The notes: generated by a model not told the origin, from the letters alone. Shown: positions 18,366-27,215, counted from the stretch's first letter. The stretch is 64,000 nucleotides of DNA from a virus (IMGVR_UViG_3300029288_000005:29024-93023), one strand, 5' to 3'. A program made the numbers and translations.

Positions 18366-19974
18366 TACAGCATCCGAGTGGTTGGCAAGTAACCCGAACC
18401 AAGTGGCAGAACTACGAGAAGTTCTGATTGCCAATGGTGTCTCTGTTGACTTTTTGACTGAGTATCCCGACTGGATGTTGGAAAACATAGCACAGCAGTT
18501 GACAGACACTTTCTCCCAAAGCTACTGGGACGACATCGAGAAGAGTTATGGAAACGACGTGAACGAGTTACTAAGAGCTGGTATTCGTAATGGAAAGTCA
18601 ATGGGTGACATCGCTCAAGAGATGACCGACCTCAGCGACGAGTATGCAGAGTCCCGGGCCATGAACATAGCCCGTACGGAATCAGGCCATGCACTGAACG
18701 GTGCCAGAAAAGCCTCTATGGATGAGATAGTAAATGATCCACAGCTAGTGGGCACATTACGGCCTACGTGGCAATCGGCCCTAGGAACCACCACCAGGGA
18801 TTCGCACGCAATACTGGACGGTGTACCGGCTGATAAAGAGGGAATGTGGACACTGTCAGGCTACAAGATTCCATGGCCTGCTCATTATAGTCTTCCACCA
18901 GGTGAGCGTTGCAACTGTCAGTGCACCATAGTCATAGAGTATGGGTTGCAGGACCTAGAAGCTCGGGATATGATAGAGCAATACAATCAGCGAGTGGAAG
19001 AATATAATAAGGATGTAAGGTTAAGGGAGAAATTCAATCCTTACCACGACTCTCTAGGTAGATTTTCTACTGGTTCAGGCTCTGGTGCTCATATGGCCCC
19101 AGACACTGGTGGGGGTACTGGTGGAGGTTCGTCAGATGGTGGAAAGATGCAAGAGGTGACATATGATAAGGACAGCAAGAAATGGTTATTAGGTAATGGA
19201 AAAGAACTACCTGACAACGTGCCCAGAATACCTCCCGCATGGACTGGTGTACGGGTAAACACCAGCAAGAATGCGGATCTGGTAGTAGTGGGTGTGGATG
19301 CCAAGGGAAGAAAACAGAGCATATACAGTGAAGCACATTGGACTAAGGCTGCGGAGGTTAAGTTTGCAAGGGTTAATGAGTTGCGGTCCAAAGTCAAGAA
19401 CATCGAAAAAGAAATCAAAGGGGACTTAAAAGTTCCTGAGCGTAAGGAACAAGCAGCCTGCTTGAGGTTGGTTCTGGAAACAGGTATTAGACCAGGCAGT
19501 GACTCAGATACGGGAGCCGCTAAAAAAGCATACGGGGCCACTACATTAGAAGGCAGACATGTAAAGGTGGTCAATGGTGAAGTTAGACTGCAGTTTGTTG
19601 GTAAGAAGGGTGTTGACATTGATATACCCGTAACAAACAAGGCGCTGGTGGCAGACCTGTTAAAGCGAAAGAAGAAGAGTGGTGATAGTGGTAAGTTATT
19701 TAACACAAGCAATAGAAAGCTGCTCCAATATACACACACTAAAGATGGTGGCTCTTTCAAAACAAAGGACTTCCGCACTGCCAAAGCCACAACCATGGCC
19801 ATTAAGTTGGTTAGTTCCATGTCCAAACCCAAAAACCCGAAAGAGTACAAAAAGTCGGTGAAAGAAGTAGCCACGGTTGTGTCACAGTCGTTGGGTAACA
19901 CACCCACCATTGCACTACAATCGTACATACACTCAGCAGTGTTTACCAAGTGGCGTGCCTCAGCAGGAGTATAG
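18358..19974 (+). CDS. MuF (SPP1 gp7-like) head morphogenesis domain fused via the cassette to type IB topoisomerase
   Basis: MuF: RAMNIARTE, W...TTRDSH, ERCNCQCT. TopIB: RIPPAWT, DAKGRKQSIY, GIRPG, FVGKKG, KDFRT, LGNT...SY (R-K-R-N-Y pentad). Confidence 0.92.
   Translation: MPSTASEWLASNPNQVAELREVLIANGVSVDFLTEYPDWMLENIAQQLTDTFSQSYWDDIEKSYGNDVNELLRAGIRNGKSMGDIAQEMTDLSDEYAESRAMNIARTESGHALNGARKASMDEIVNDPQLVGTLRPTWQSALGTTTRDSHAILDGVPADKEGMWTLSGYKIPWPAHYSLPPGERCNCQCTIVIEYGLQDLEARDMIEQYNQRVEEYNKDVRLREKFNPYHDSLGRFSTGSGSGAHMAPDTGGGTGGGSSDGGKMQEVTYDKDSKKWLLGNGKELPDNVPRIPPAWTGVRVNTSKNADLVVVGVDAKGRKQSIYSEAHWTKAAEVKFARVNELRSKVKNIEKEIKGDLKVPERKEQAACLRLVLETGIRPGSDSDTGAAKKAYGATTLEGRHVKVVNGEVRLQFVGKKGVDIDIPVTNKALVADLLKRKKKSGDSGKLFNTSNRKLLQYTHTKDGGSFKTKDFRTAKATTMAIKLVSSMSKPKNPKEYKKSVKEVATVVSQSLGNTPTIALQSYIHSAVFTKWRASAGV
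19030..19128 (+). repeat. Dispersed cassette, copy 6 (between MuF and TopIB)
   Basis: KFNPYHDSLGRFSTGSGSGAHMAPDTGGGTGGG. Confidence 0.95.
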
Positions 19975-19977
19975 ACT

Positions 19978-20154
19978 ATGGTAGAGATATTCGGAGACGA
20001 CCAGGACGTCAACTTTGGTGGGGTTGACAAGCCCGCTGTTGATTGGAGAAGCAATAACCAAGACGACGGGGACCCTGATGATGAGTTGTTGAGACCCACA
20101 CCATTGGATGTGATAGCAATTCTAGGTTTTGATCCACTGGAACTGGAAGAATGA
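19978..20154 (+). CDS. 58-aa highly acidic peptide downstream of TopIB (putative inhibitor/DNA mimic)
   Basis: AGGAG RBS; MVEIFGDDQDVNFGG...DDGDPDDELLRPTPLDVIAILGFDPLELEE; ATGA overlap with the next gene. Confidence 0.7.
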   Translation: MVEIFGDDQDVNFGGVDKPAVDWRSNNQDDGDPDDELLRPTPLDVIAILGFDPLELEE

Positions 20155-20465
20155 TACACCCCGACATACAACAAGCAGTTTTAGAATGTAAAGGCAAGAT
20201 GTCGCAGCAGGCAATATCTGCCAGGTTTCACATATCACGTCAAACCGTTAGGAGTATACTAAGACGTGGTTATGTAAAGTATCAACCACTTGGTTGTACT
20301 GAGTACGATATTGCTGAAAACAAAGAGTCAAAGGAATACACACTGAAAGCAGGATGGACGGGAGCAGTTGAACGTTGCCACAAGTGTGGTAGATTGGTAC
20401 AGTTACCTTGCTTGGCGTGTAGGATTGAAGAAATGGCAAAAAGGAAACGCGGTGTGTTAGTATGA
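20151..20465 (+). CDS. HTH + Zn-ribbon protein
   Basis: MSQQAISARFHISRQTVRSIL; CHKCG...CLAC. Confidence 0.7.
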   Translation: MIHPDIQQAVLECKGKMSQQAISARFHISRQTVRSILRRGYVKYQPLGCTEYDIAENKESKEYTLKAGWTGAVERCHKCGRLVQLPCLACRIEEMAKRKRGVLV

Positions 20466-20648
20466 TAAGGGTGAAAATAAGTGAGGACATCGCTGTACTA
20501 CATGAAGGAAAGTGGAAGTGCCCAAACAAACGGTTGGAATGGTTGTTAAATGAGTTGACCATAGCAGGTGAGTCTCAGAAAAGTTGTTCCTCCCGGTTAG
20601 CAGAGTTGTTTGAAGGCGAGATTCTAAACACATAAGAAAGAAGATCAA

Positions 20649-20963
20649 GTGAGTAAGTTCATACATAGAAACGTATTGATAAAGAGCTCTATTGATACGA
20701 TACAGCTAGGCCATGCTGTAGAAGTGAGGTTTGTGGAACTGACGGGAAGTTGGTTGCGAATAATGGGAGTAGAGCTTGTCCCACCACAAGACTTGGACAA
20801 GGACATGTTGTTGTGGAGGACCATGTCCTTGCGACACAAGAAAGCCGACTTCCGAAACTCATTGGAGGAGTTGCAAGCAACAAGGCGAATTGCACAGTGG
20901 ACAGTGAATATGAACTGTCAGTTGAGAAACCAGCCTATCAAGCAGGTAGAGTGGAGTCGGTAA
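20649..20963 (+). CDS. Hypothetical protein
   Basis: ORF in operon context. Confidence 0.5.
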   Translation: MSKFIHRNVLIKSSIDTIQLGHAVEVRFVELTGSWLRIMGVELVPPQDLDKDMLLWRTMSLRHKKADFRNSLEELQATRRIAQWTVNMNCQLRNQPIKQVEWSR

Positions 20964-20984
20964 ACATATAATAGGGAAGAACAG

Positions 20985-21587
20985 ATGTGGGTCACAAACA
21001 AAGAAGTTCTAAAGCAGATTGTAGAGCTGGGTTCTCTAGTTCAAAGGAAATCCGCTTTAGTTGAGGAAGCTCTAGTACAGCAGTATAAAAAACTACAGGA
21101 GTTGGAATCTGCTGTGAAGGGATTATCCTTTCGGCTAAGTATGGCCGAGAGAATGACAGTTAAAGTACTTCAACAAAAGGAGGAAGTAGTTATGGGGAGA
21201 GTTGTGAACGTGTTCACGTATCAAGTGAACTTGGCCGCAGTTCCTGAAGGTAATGATGCTGTAAAGCAGCATCTGACGTGTGATGGGTTGTTTCAAGATG
21301 CGAGCAACCCCAGTGTGGAAATGACTTATGAGTTTGGGAAGGAACCCCAAGTCATACAGATCAAGGCAGTTGAAGAGGAATTGGTTTCGTTGGCGTTGTC
21401 GTATGAAGACAAGAATGGCAACAAGCAGATTCCACGTGTGACCGAGTTTGTTTGCGTGGACAAAGTGGCACCAGATGTGCCCATCGACGCCTTGCAAGTT
21501 CAACAGCTACCCATCCAGGAAACCGTCGAGTTGGAAGATGAGGATCCTGTTTCTGAGGAAGAGGAAGCAGAAGATCCTGAAGAGTAA
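20985..21587 (+). CDS. Coiled-coil + beta-sandwich protein with acidic tail (possible internal start at 21192)
   Basis: AAGGAGG precedes the internal ATG 21192; DKVAPDVP motif. Confidence 0.55.
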   Translation: MWVTNKEVLKQIVELGSLVQRKSALVEEALVQQYKKLQELESAVKGLSFRLSMAERMTVKVLQQKEEVVMGRVVNVFTYQVNLAAVPEGNDAVKQHLTCDGLFQDASNPSVEMTYEFGKEPQVIQIKAVEEELVSLALSYEDKNGNKQIPRVTEFVCVDKVAPDVPIDALQVQQLPIQETVELEDEDPVSEEEEAEDPEE

Positions 21588-21676
21588 ACGTCTCCGTTGG
21601 AGGGGTGTGGTGGACTTGGTTTGTAAGAGTGACGAAGGCAGCCACACTCCTCTACTTTTTATAGAAAGAAATCGAA

Positions 21677-21904
21677 ATGGATGATTTTCAAAAGGCCAAT
21701 ATCAGAAGACAACAGCAGATGGATCAGCATGAAGAAGCCATACTGGAAACCCTGCCCAGGTTGTTGTATCGGCTGTATACGAAATTGCAAGAGCAGGGGT
21801 TCACGGAAGAACGTGCGTTTATCTTAATCAATACGTACATGTCGTCTGCTCTGGCCTCTGCAGCAATGTCTCGTGGGTTGGATAAGGACTCAAACGATGG
21901 ATAG
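21677..21904 (+). CDS. Hypothetical protein
   Basis: LYTKLQEQGFTEERAFIL small helical phage-type protein. Confidence 0.6.
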   Translation: MDDFQKANIRRQQQMDQHEEAILETLPRLLYRLYTKLQEQGFTEERAFILINTYMSSALASAAMSRGLDKDSNDG

Positions 21905-22325
21905 AATGCCCAGACTGGCAGACATAAACTGTACCAGGATACAGTTTCAACCAGGTGATAGGATCTTGGTTAGAACAAACTTCATGCCCACATCGGAGCA
22001 AGAAAAAAAGTTAAGAACACAGCTAAACAAGTGGGCGGGTGTAGAAGTAGAAGTCTTAATCTACTGCGGTCTAGCCATGGATATAAAGGTTGAGCAGAGC
22101 AATGAAGGAAGAACTATTCTGCCGAGACTGCCATCGGGCGATAGCAAGGTCTGACGCTATATTTCTTGACGAGTGCAACTGTAAAACAAAGTTGCCCATC
22201 TGTAGAGACTGCTATGAGCGGTTGGTCCGAAGAGCTGGATACAACTCTTATAATATAAATACGATCGAACATTTTACGGGTCGTAATTTTGACAGACGCA
22301 AGCAGTTTATTGGCGGAAAAAGAAA

Positions 22326-22949
22326 ATGAATGATTCTGAATTCTCTGAGGTGATAAGTGAGTTGAACTACTCTGAAGATGAGTTAAGAGAGCTGAGTTGG
22401 TTTATAGAGGCACAACCACGAGATGATATAGTGGGCGAAATGGATTATGCTAAAGATGAGTTGTTGATACGGGAATTGAATGAATCTGTACAGGCACGAG
22501 CACGAGCATATGCTATCGAAATGTACAGAATGTGTGATTATCCCGGAGGTGCTGCTTTCTCTACAGCTATGAGCATGGCTATATCAAACTCAAACAAGTA
22601 TCCAAACGTTGACAGCAAAAACGTAACTGAGCTAAAAGAAGACCTTGCCCAGATGAGAGAATATCTGGAGAATAAACTGGGAGTTCGAAAACCAAGCATC
22701 TACAAGACCTGTGAAGATTGTAAGTGTTCCATGCAAAACATAAGGGCTTACTCTCTGGAGATTAGAGGGTGTGTTATACGAAAGTGTGTTTGTTTCACTT
22801 GTTACGAGAAACTAGTGAAGGACATCATCGAGGGACTTCTGGATAAAACGATGGGTAACGTGGATAATAACACGAAGCGGTTGTTGGAGAAAGCCAGTGG
22901 TAAGAGAAAGAGCAAGCGGGCATTCGACTTCTCCCAAGAAAGGGAGTAG
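22326..22949 (+). CDS. Hypothetical Zn-finger protein
   Basis: CEDC...CFTC. Confidence 0.55.
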   Translation: MNDSEFSEVISELNYSEDELRELSWFIEAQPRDDIVGEMDYAKDELLIRELNESVQARARAYAIEMYRMCDYPGGAAFSTAMSMAISNSNKYPNVDSKNVTELKEDLAQMREYLENKLGVRKPSIYKTCEDCKCSMQNIRAYSLEIRGCVIRKCVCFTCYEKLVKDIIEGLLDKTMGNVDNNTKRLLEKASGKRKSKRAFDFSQERE

Positions 22950-22995
22950 TAAGGTATATAATAGGTATGAACAGCATATAAGGAGAGAAGAACAT

Positions 22996-23232
22996 ATGCC
23001 AAGACCCATAGCCATTGCAACAGACCGAGATGGTAGATTACTCAAAGTCTGCGTGCCCAAAAAGTGGTCTGACAAGAAAATAGTCGATTGGTGCAACAAA
23101 GAAAAACCGTCGGGAACTTCCCATGGATGGTCCGTTTGTAAAGAGGGCCATCCAACTCTTAACGACTATCCTGAGCGTGTACAATGTGAAGAGTACGAGA
23201 ACTTTGTTCATTTGGTTCTGGAGGCTTTATGA
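22996..23232 (+). CDS. Hypothetical protein
   Basis: AGGAG RBS; VCVPKKWSD...PSGTSHGW...RVQCEE. Confidence 0.6.
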   Translation: MPRPIAIATDRDGRLLKVCVPKKWSDKKIVDWCNKEKPSGTSHGWSVCKEGHPTLNDYPERVQCEEYENFVHLVLEAL

Positions 23233-23528
23233 GAACTGTAGAAGTACAAGGTGTTTATTTCGATTGCTATGATGGGAATCCCAGGGTCGTTGATATTTTA
23301 CTGGAGCTTGATTATAACAGTTCTGGTGATGTTGTAAGAGTAATCAAAGGAGGAATAACAGGATTCGAGGCATTCTGTGTTTCCCAAGTGGACCAGGATA
23401 AGTTGTTTAGAAAAGGCTGGTGGGCAAACGCGGGAACTCCTGGTGCATACCCAAGTCTATATATTCATGGACTGCAGATGAGGATGGCATTCGAGAAACT
23501 GGAAATACTGGAGTGTGAGAAGAGATGA
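23229..23528 (+). CDS. Hypothetical protein
   Basis: ATGA-coupled ORF. Confidence 0.55.
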   Translation: MRTVEVQGVYFDCYDGNPRVVDILLELDYNSSGDVVRVIKGGITGFEAFCVSQVDQDKLFRKGWWANAGTPGAYPSLYIHGLQMRMAFEKLEILECEKR

Positions 23529-24052
23529 AAAAGCGAAGAGTGGTTAGTAAATACGTCGTATCAGAAAATGGATGCTTTCTCCAAAACGGATTCCCATATG
23601 CTTGCATGGGTGGAATTAGAGCAGGAAATTTTCCTCCCGGAGCAGAAGTTGAGATTGCTGTTTATGAGGAGGTTGAAGAGTCTGAATTAGAACGCGAACT
23701 TGTGATACCTGATGATGCCTTTTGGATTACAAGCAAAGTAGAAACCCATAAGCATCAGCTAATTGTGCAGTCTGTTGTGGTTGCTCTTGTTGATGATGGC
23801 TATCAACCAGCATATAAAATCAGTGATGGAGTATGGCAAAATGCTGACGAATTTGATACTGCCAAGCGAGCTTGTTATATAGCATTGGCCAATGCTGATA
23901 AGGATGGCTTTGGTTGGAAAGAGAAAGAACCAACCAAACCAAAATGCTCGAGGTGCAATGGTTTTGGAGTTGTCTTGCAGCCATCTCAAACAACGTCAGG
24001 TACAGTACCTGCTACGTGTCCTGAGTGTAATGGAACATGTAAAGGAGAATAA
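23525..24052 (+). CDS. Hypothetical protein with C-terminal DnaJ-type Zn finger
   Basis: CSRCNGFG...CPECNGT. Confidence 0.6.
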   Translation: MKKRRVVSKYVVSENGCFLQNGFPYACMGGIRAGNFPPGAEVEIAVYEEVEESELERELVIPDDAFWITSKVETHKHQLIVQSVVVALVDDGYQPAYKISDGVWQNADEFDTAKRACYIALANADKDGFGWKEKEPTKPKCSRCNGFGVVLQPSQTTSGTVPATCPECNGTCKGE

Positions 24053-24056
24053 ACCT

Positions 24057-24413
24057 ATGAAACCATTTACAATCGAAACGCCAGTGATGCGATTGGGTAC
24101 AATTACAAAGTGGTCTCAACCATATTATCAATACCGACAATGCTGCGTCTGCCATGCCGTGCTGGCCAAAATGTTCAAGATAGATCGCCCGTCACTAATA
24201 TCACTTAAACTCTCAACTCGCCCGTCACGCGAGGCACAACAGGTAAAACTTTATTTAGTAAACGGATTTTTTGAGATTGAGAGCAAACCATTTGATAATA
24301 CTACTTGGTTACGTGGTCTCAGCACTGATGAGTGGCTTAGAAAAAATACCCCACTCGGCCAATTAAGACCCGGCGAATCGGCAACCGTTTATGTCACGCT
24401 TTTTGTACATTAG
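24057..24413 (+). CDS. Hypothetical protein, paralog of 25938-26324
   Basis: Shared MKxFxxETP, S(T/S)RP(S/T) and TL(F/Y)(V/I)H motifs. Confidence 0.6.
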   Translation: MKPFTIETPVMRLGTITKWSQPYYQYRQCCVCHAVLAKMFKIDRPSLISLKLSTRPSREAQQVKLYLVNGFFEIESKPFDNTTWLRGLSTDEWLRKNTPLGQLRPGESATVYVTLFVH

Positions 24414-24651
24414 GAGCGAGTGATGAGTGATAATTTATCAAAACCAAAGACTCCATATGTCCCACCAATATGTGACGTTTGTGGAAAACCGCGTGGAGAT
24501 TGCGAAGTGTGGGTATTTTATTCTGATGGATTCAAAGCACATGCAAAATGTGATGAAACGGTTAGCAGTAAATTTCAATCTCTGAATATGCGGTTGGATT
24601 TAGTTCTTACTGATGATTAACAGCTGCCGAAGCTGTGAAGAAAGATAATAA

Positions 24652-24951
24652 TTGGCGAGCGAAAGTTTTGAAAAGGATTCTGCAATGATAACAGACCTTC
24701 CCAACCAACTCCGGGACGTTGCTCGTGCGCTTAGAATTCAATGGAATCCCCCTGATAACTCAGAGAGTATATGCCGTCGGGCGGCGGATGAGATTGAGAC
24801 TTTGCGTGATGCTCTACGGCTTGCGGTTGGCGTGTCGTGTGGCATATCGTGGAAAGATGTAGATGTAGACGATCCTGGTGGATATGTTTCAAAAATAAAG
24901 AAACTGAAAAAAGCAGAAGCTGAAGCGGCGTGGGAGAAAAGTAATGACTAG
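24652..24951 (+). CDS. Small accessory protein (AADEIE type)
   Basis: RRAADEIETLR; ends AEAAWEKSND. Confidence 0.55.
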   Translation: MASESFEKDSAMITDLPNQLRDVARALRIQWNPPDNSESICRRAADEIETLRDALRLAVGVSCGISWKDVDVDDPGGYVSKIKKLKKAEAEAAWEKSND

Positions 24952-25309
24952 GAGTTTACACTGCAACACTGGTGATGAATGGCTGGACGGACATGTCAGC
25001 CGACCACAAGTTGAAGATTCAATAGCTGACAAAGTGATAACTTTACGGGCAGAAAACCAGCGGTTGCGTGAGGAAGTCGAACGGTTGCAAGTCGAAAACG
25101 AAGAACTAAAAAAACCGTCGTTCTATACGGATGAATACGGGGATATCCCGAAGGACACACTTGACGATTTGGTTATTTGCTACGCCGTGGGAACAATTAA
25201 CGAAGTTCATCCAGCACATGCTCTGCCAAAATTTTATGTGCTCATTACTGAGGATGGTTTTAACGAATTCGACACTTATGAAGCCGCAGAAGAAGCAAGT
25301 GAGAAATAA
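24944..25309 (+). CDS. Small accessory protein, paralog of 62001-62402
   Basis: Colinear with 62001: LQxEN...P..Y...P..Y....F(D/E)T.(E/A)AAE. Confidence 0.65.
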   Translation: MTRSLHCNTGDEWLDGHVSRPQVEDSIADKVITLRAENQRLREEVERLQVENEELKKPSFYTDEYGDIPKDTLDDLVICYAVGTINEVHPAHALPKFYVLITEDGFNEFDTYEAAEEASEK

Positions 25310-25315
25310 AACCTG

Positions 25316-25702
25316 ATGTTTACTTTAGCAGTTGATTTTGATGGTACTTGTGTAGAGCATGTATACCCAGAGACAGGACAGGATGTACCCGGTGCTGTGG
25401 AGTGCTTGAGAAAGTTGGATAGGGCTGGTGTACAGATAATACTGTGGACAATGCGAAGTGGCCAAGAACTGGAAAAAGCAGTAAATTGGTTCACAGAAAA
25501 AGGTATAAAGCTCTTCGGTGTAAACAGTAATCCAACTCAACAAGTTTGGACAAGCTCCCCGAAAGTATATGCTCATTACTATGTTGATGATGCTGCCATT
25601 GGCTGTCCACTTGCTAACAATCCATCTGGTGGTCGCCCTTGGGTTGACTGGAATAAGGTTGAGACAATTCTAGCACACAAAATAAATAATGAGTACCTAT
25701 GA
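25316..25702 (+). CDS. HAD-superfamily phosphatase (BT0820-like)
   Basis: AVDFDGT, ILWTMR, SPKVYAHYYVDD. Confidence 0.88.
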   Translation: MFTLAVDFDGTCVEHVYPETGQDVPGAVECLRKLDRAGVQIILWTMRSGQELEKAVNWFTEKGIKLFGVNSNPTQQVWTSSPKVYAHYYVDDAAIGCPLANNPSGGRPWVDWNKVETILAHKINNEYL

Positions 25703-25941
25703 GTGAAAAACCTTCATATAAAGATGTAATCAACAACGAAGAATCACTGGCTATTTTTCTGAGAGCCATGAAGAAGTTTGATTCTAGCTTCTGTGACGTT
25801 ATGGTTACAGGTGTTGACTTCAATCTGAAGATAGAGATTCATGGAAATAAAGGGGAGTTAATACACTGTCGAGTGTACAACGACTCTTTTGAAAGACCAA
25901 AGAAGTATCAAGGTAAAGAGATAAAGAGGAGACCAGAATGA
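25699..25941 (+). CDS. Hypothetical protein
   Basis: ATGA-coupled ORF. Confidence 0.6.
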   Translation: MSEKPSYKDVINNEESLAIFLRAMKKFDSSFCDVMVTGVDFNLKIEIHGNKGELIHCRVYNDSFERPKKYQGKEIKRRPE

Positions 25942-26324
25942 AGAACTTCAGATATGAAACCCCCATACTTTACAGAATAAAAAATACCAACTTATACCAG
26001 AATCATAAAGGAGAGTTGGTTATATCGGATTGGCAGTTGTTTTCTGTTTTCGAATTCGAAGAGATACTAGAGATTCCCAAGAGAATATCATTCTCAATTT
26101 CCAGCAGACCTACCAAACAGTCAATTCCTATTAAAATTAGGAGGGTTTGTGATAGTTTTTCCTGCGATGGTTTTTCTTTTGATGTAACTATTGGAAGAAG
26201 CAGAAATTCTTACAAAATTTATAGTGGGTTTAGATGGTTCTTGATGCAACATGAACCATTCAAGAGCGTTAGGTGTATGAAAGCAATTAAGGCACACCTA
26301 ACACTATACATACACTCCAAATAA
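25938..26324 (+). CDS. Hypothetical protein, paralog of 24057-24413
   Basis: See paralog motifs. Confidence 0.6.
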   Translation: MKNFRYETPILYRIKNTNLYQNHKGELVISDWQLFSVFEFEEILEIPKRISFSISSRPTKQSIPIKIRRVCDSFSCDGFSFDVTIGRSRNSYKIYSGFRWFLMQHEPFKSVRCMKAIKAHLTLYIHSK

Positions 26325-26340
26325 AATTACAAGATACCTA

Positions 26341-26369
26341 TTGTGACGAGATAACCGATTTCCTATATT
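26341..26369 (+). promoter_or_regulatory. Possible sigma70-type promoter for the head/tail operon
   Basis: TTGTGA-17 bp-TATATT in one of the few intergenic gaps. Confidence 0.35.
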
Positions 26370-26413
26370 TAGAAGTGTAAGGAATCGAGTACATCTAGGC
26401 GTTCGGTATCAAG

Positions 26414-26454
26414 AAGCTGCGATGGATAGATTTTCAGTCCATGGCAGCTTTTTT
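26414..26454 (+). terminator. Intrinsic terminator-like hairpin
   Basis: aagctgcgatgga / tccatggcagctt stem (1 mismatch), 11-nt loop, then T run. Confidence 0.6.
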
Positions 26455-26468
26455 ATTTGGAGAAACAA

Positions 26469-27197
26469 ATGTCAAAAAACGTTACGTTTGGTTTAGGCAT
26501 CGCAGTGGGATTGGCGACAAGACAGTTGACCATTACCCGCATGATGAAAGCGGGGGATGATACTGTTCCTACTGCAACACACGATGCTGATGCCGGAGCA
26601 ACATCGACTAGTGTGGTTGTGAATCTGGCAGACAATACCATATGGCAAGCAAAGCTGGTGGATACCAAGTCCACTGGTGAGGTATCAACACCCGACTACC
26701 TAAACTTCCATACTGGTTCGTTACAGTTTCCTGGTCCGTGTTCTGGGGACCGCTTGTGTATACTATCCATGGAGGATCTGTCAAGCAGCAGCTCCAGTAG
26801 TAGCTCCAGTGTTTCTAGCGCTTCCAGTGTTTCTAGCAGTAGCTCCAGTGCCTCCAGTGTTTCGAGTGGATCCAGTAGCAGTACCAGTAGTGCTAGTTCT
26901 TCTAGTTCTTCTAGCAGTTCCACTTCTTCCTCGCTCAGCTCCAGCAGTGCTTCAAGTACTAGCTCTAGCAGTGTATCGAGTGTTAGTAGTGCATCCAGCA
27001 TTTCCACTAGCACCTCGTCTACTAGTTCTGTTAGTAGTATTTCTACCAGCAGTAGCAGCCAAAGCAGTGTCAGCAGTTCCAGTTGGAGCAGTTTGTCAAC
27101 ATCTACTTCCAGTCAATCTGTTAGTAGTGTTAGTTCGATATCTACCAGCAGTGAGAGCAGTAGCCACAGCAGTTCCAGTGCGTCGTCACCTTGGTAA
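26469..27197 (+). CDS. Fn3/Ig-like virion protein with a poly-Ser tail of about 135 aa
   Basis: GGAG RBS; beta domain, then an almost pure Ser/Thr/Val/Ala tract ending SPW. Confidence 0.75.
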   Translation: MSKNVTFGLGIAVGLATRQLTITRMMKAGDDTVPTATHDADAGATSTSVVVNLADNTIWQAKLVDTKSTGEVSTPDYLNFHTGSLQFPGPCSGDRLCILSMEDLSSSSSSSSSSVSSASSVSSSSSSASSVSSGSSSSTSSASSSSSSSSSTSSSLSSSSASSTSSSSVSSVSSASSISTSTSSTSSVSSISTSSSSQSSVSSSSWSSLSTSTSSQSVSSVSSISTSSESSSHSSSSASSPW

Positions 27198-27215
27198 TTT
27201 GAAAGGACAAAAGAG

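Noticed and set aside
19129-19974. Tyrosine integrase
   Set aside because: IPPAW, DAKGRKQ, FVGKKG and KDFRT motifs are those of type IB topoisomerase, not a recombinase.
19089-20174. 361-aa minus-strand ORF
   Set aside because: Shadow of TopIB and its acidic partner. The same applies to the other long minus-strand ORFs (29173, 36549, 44468, 45207).
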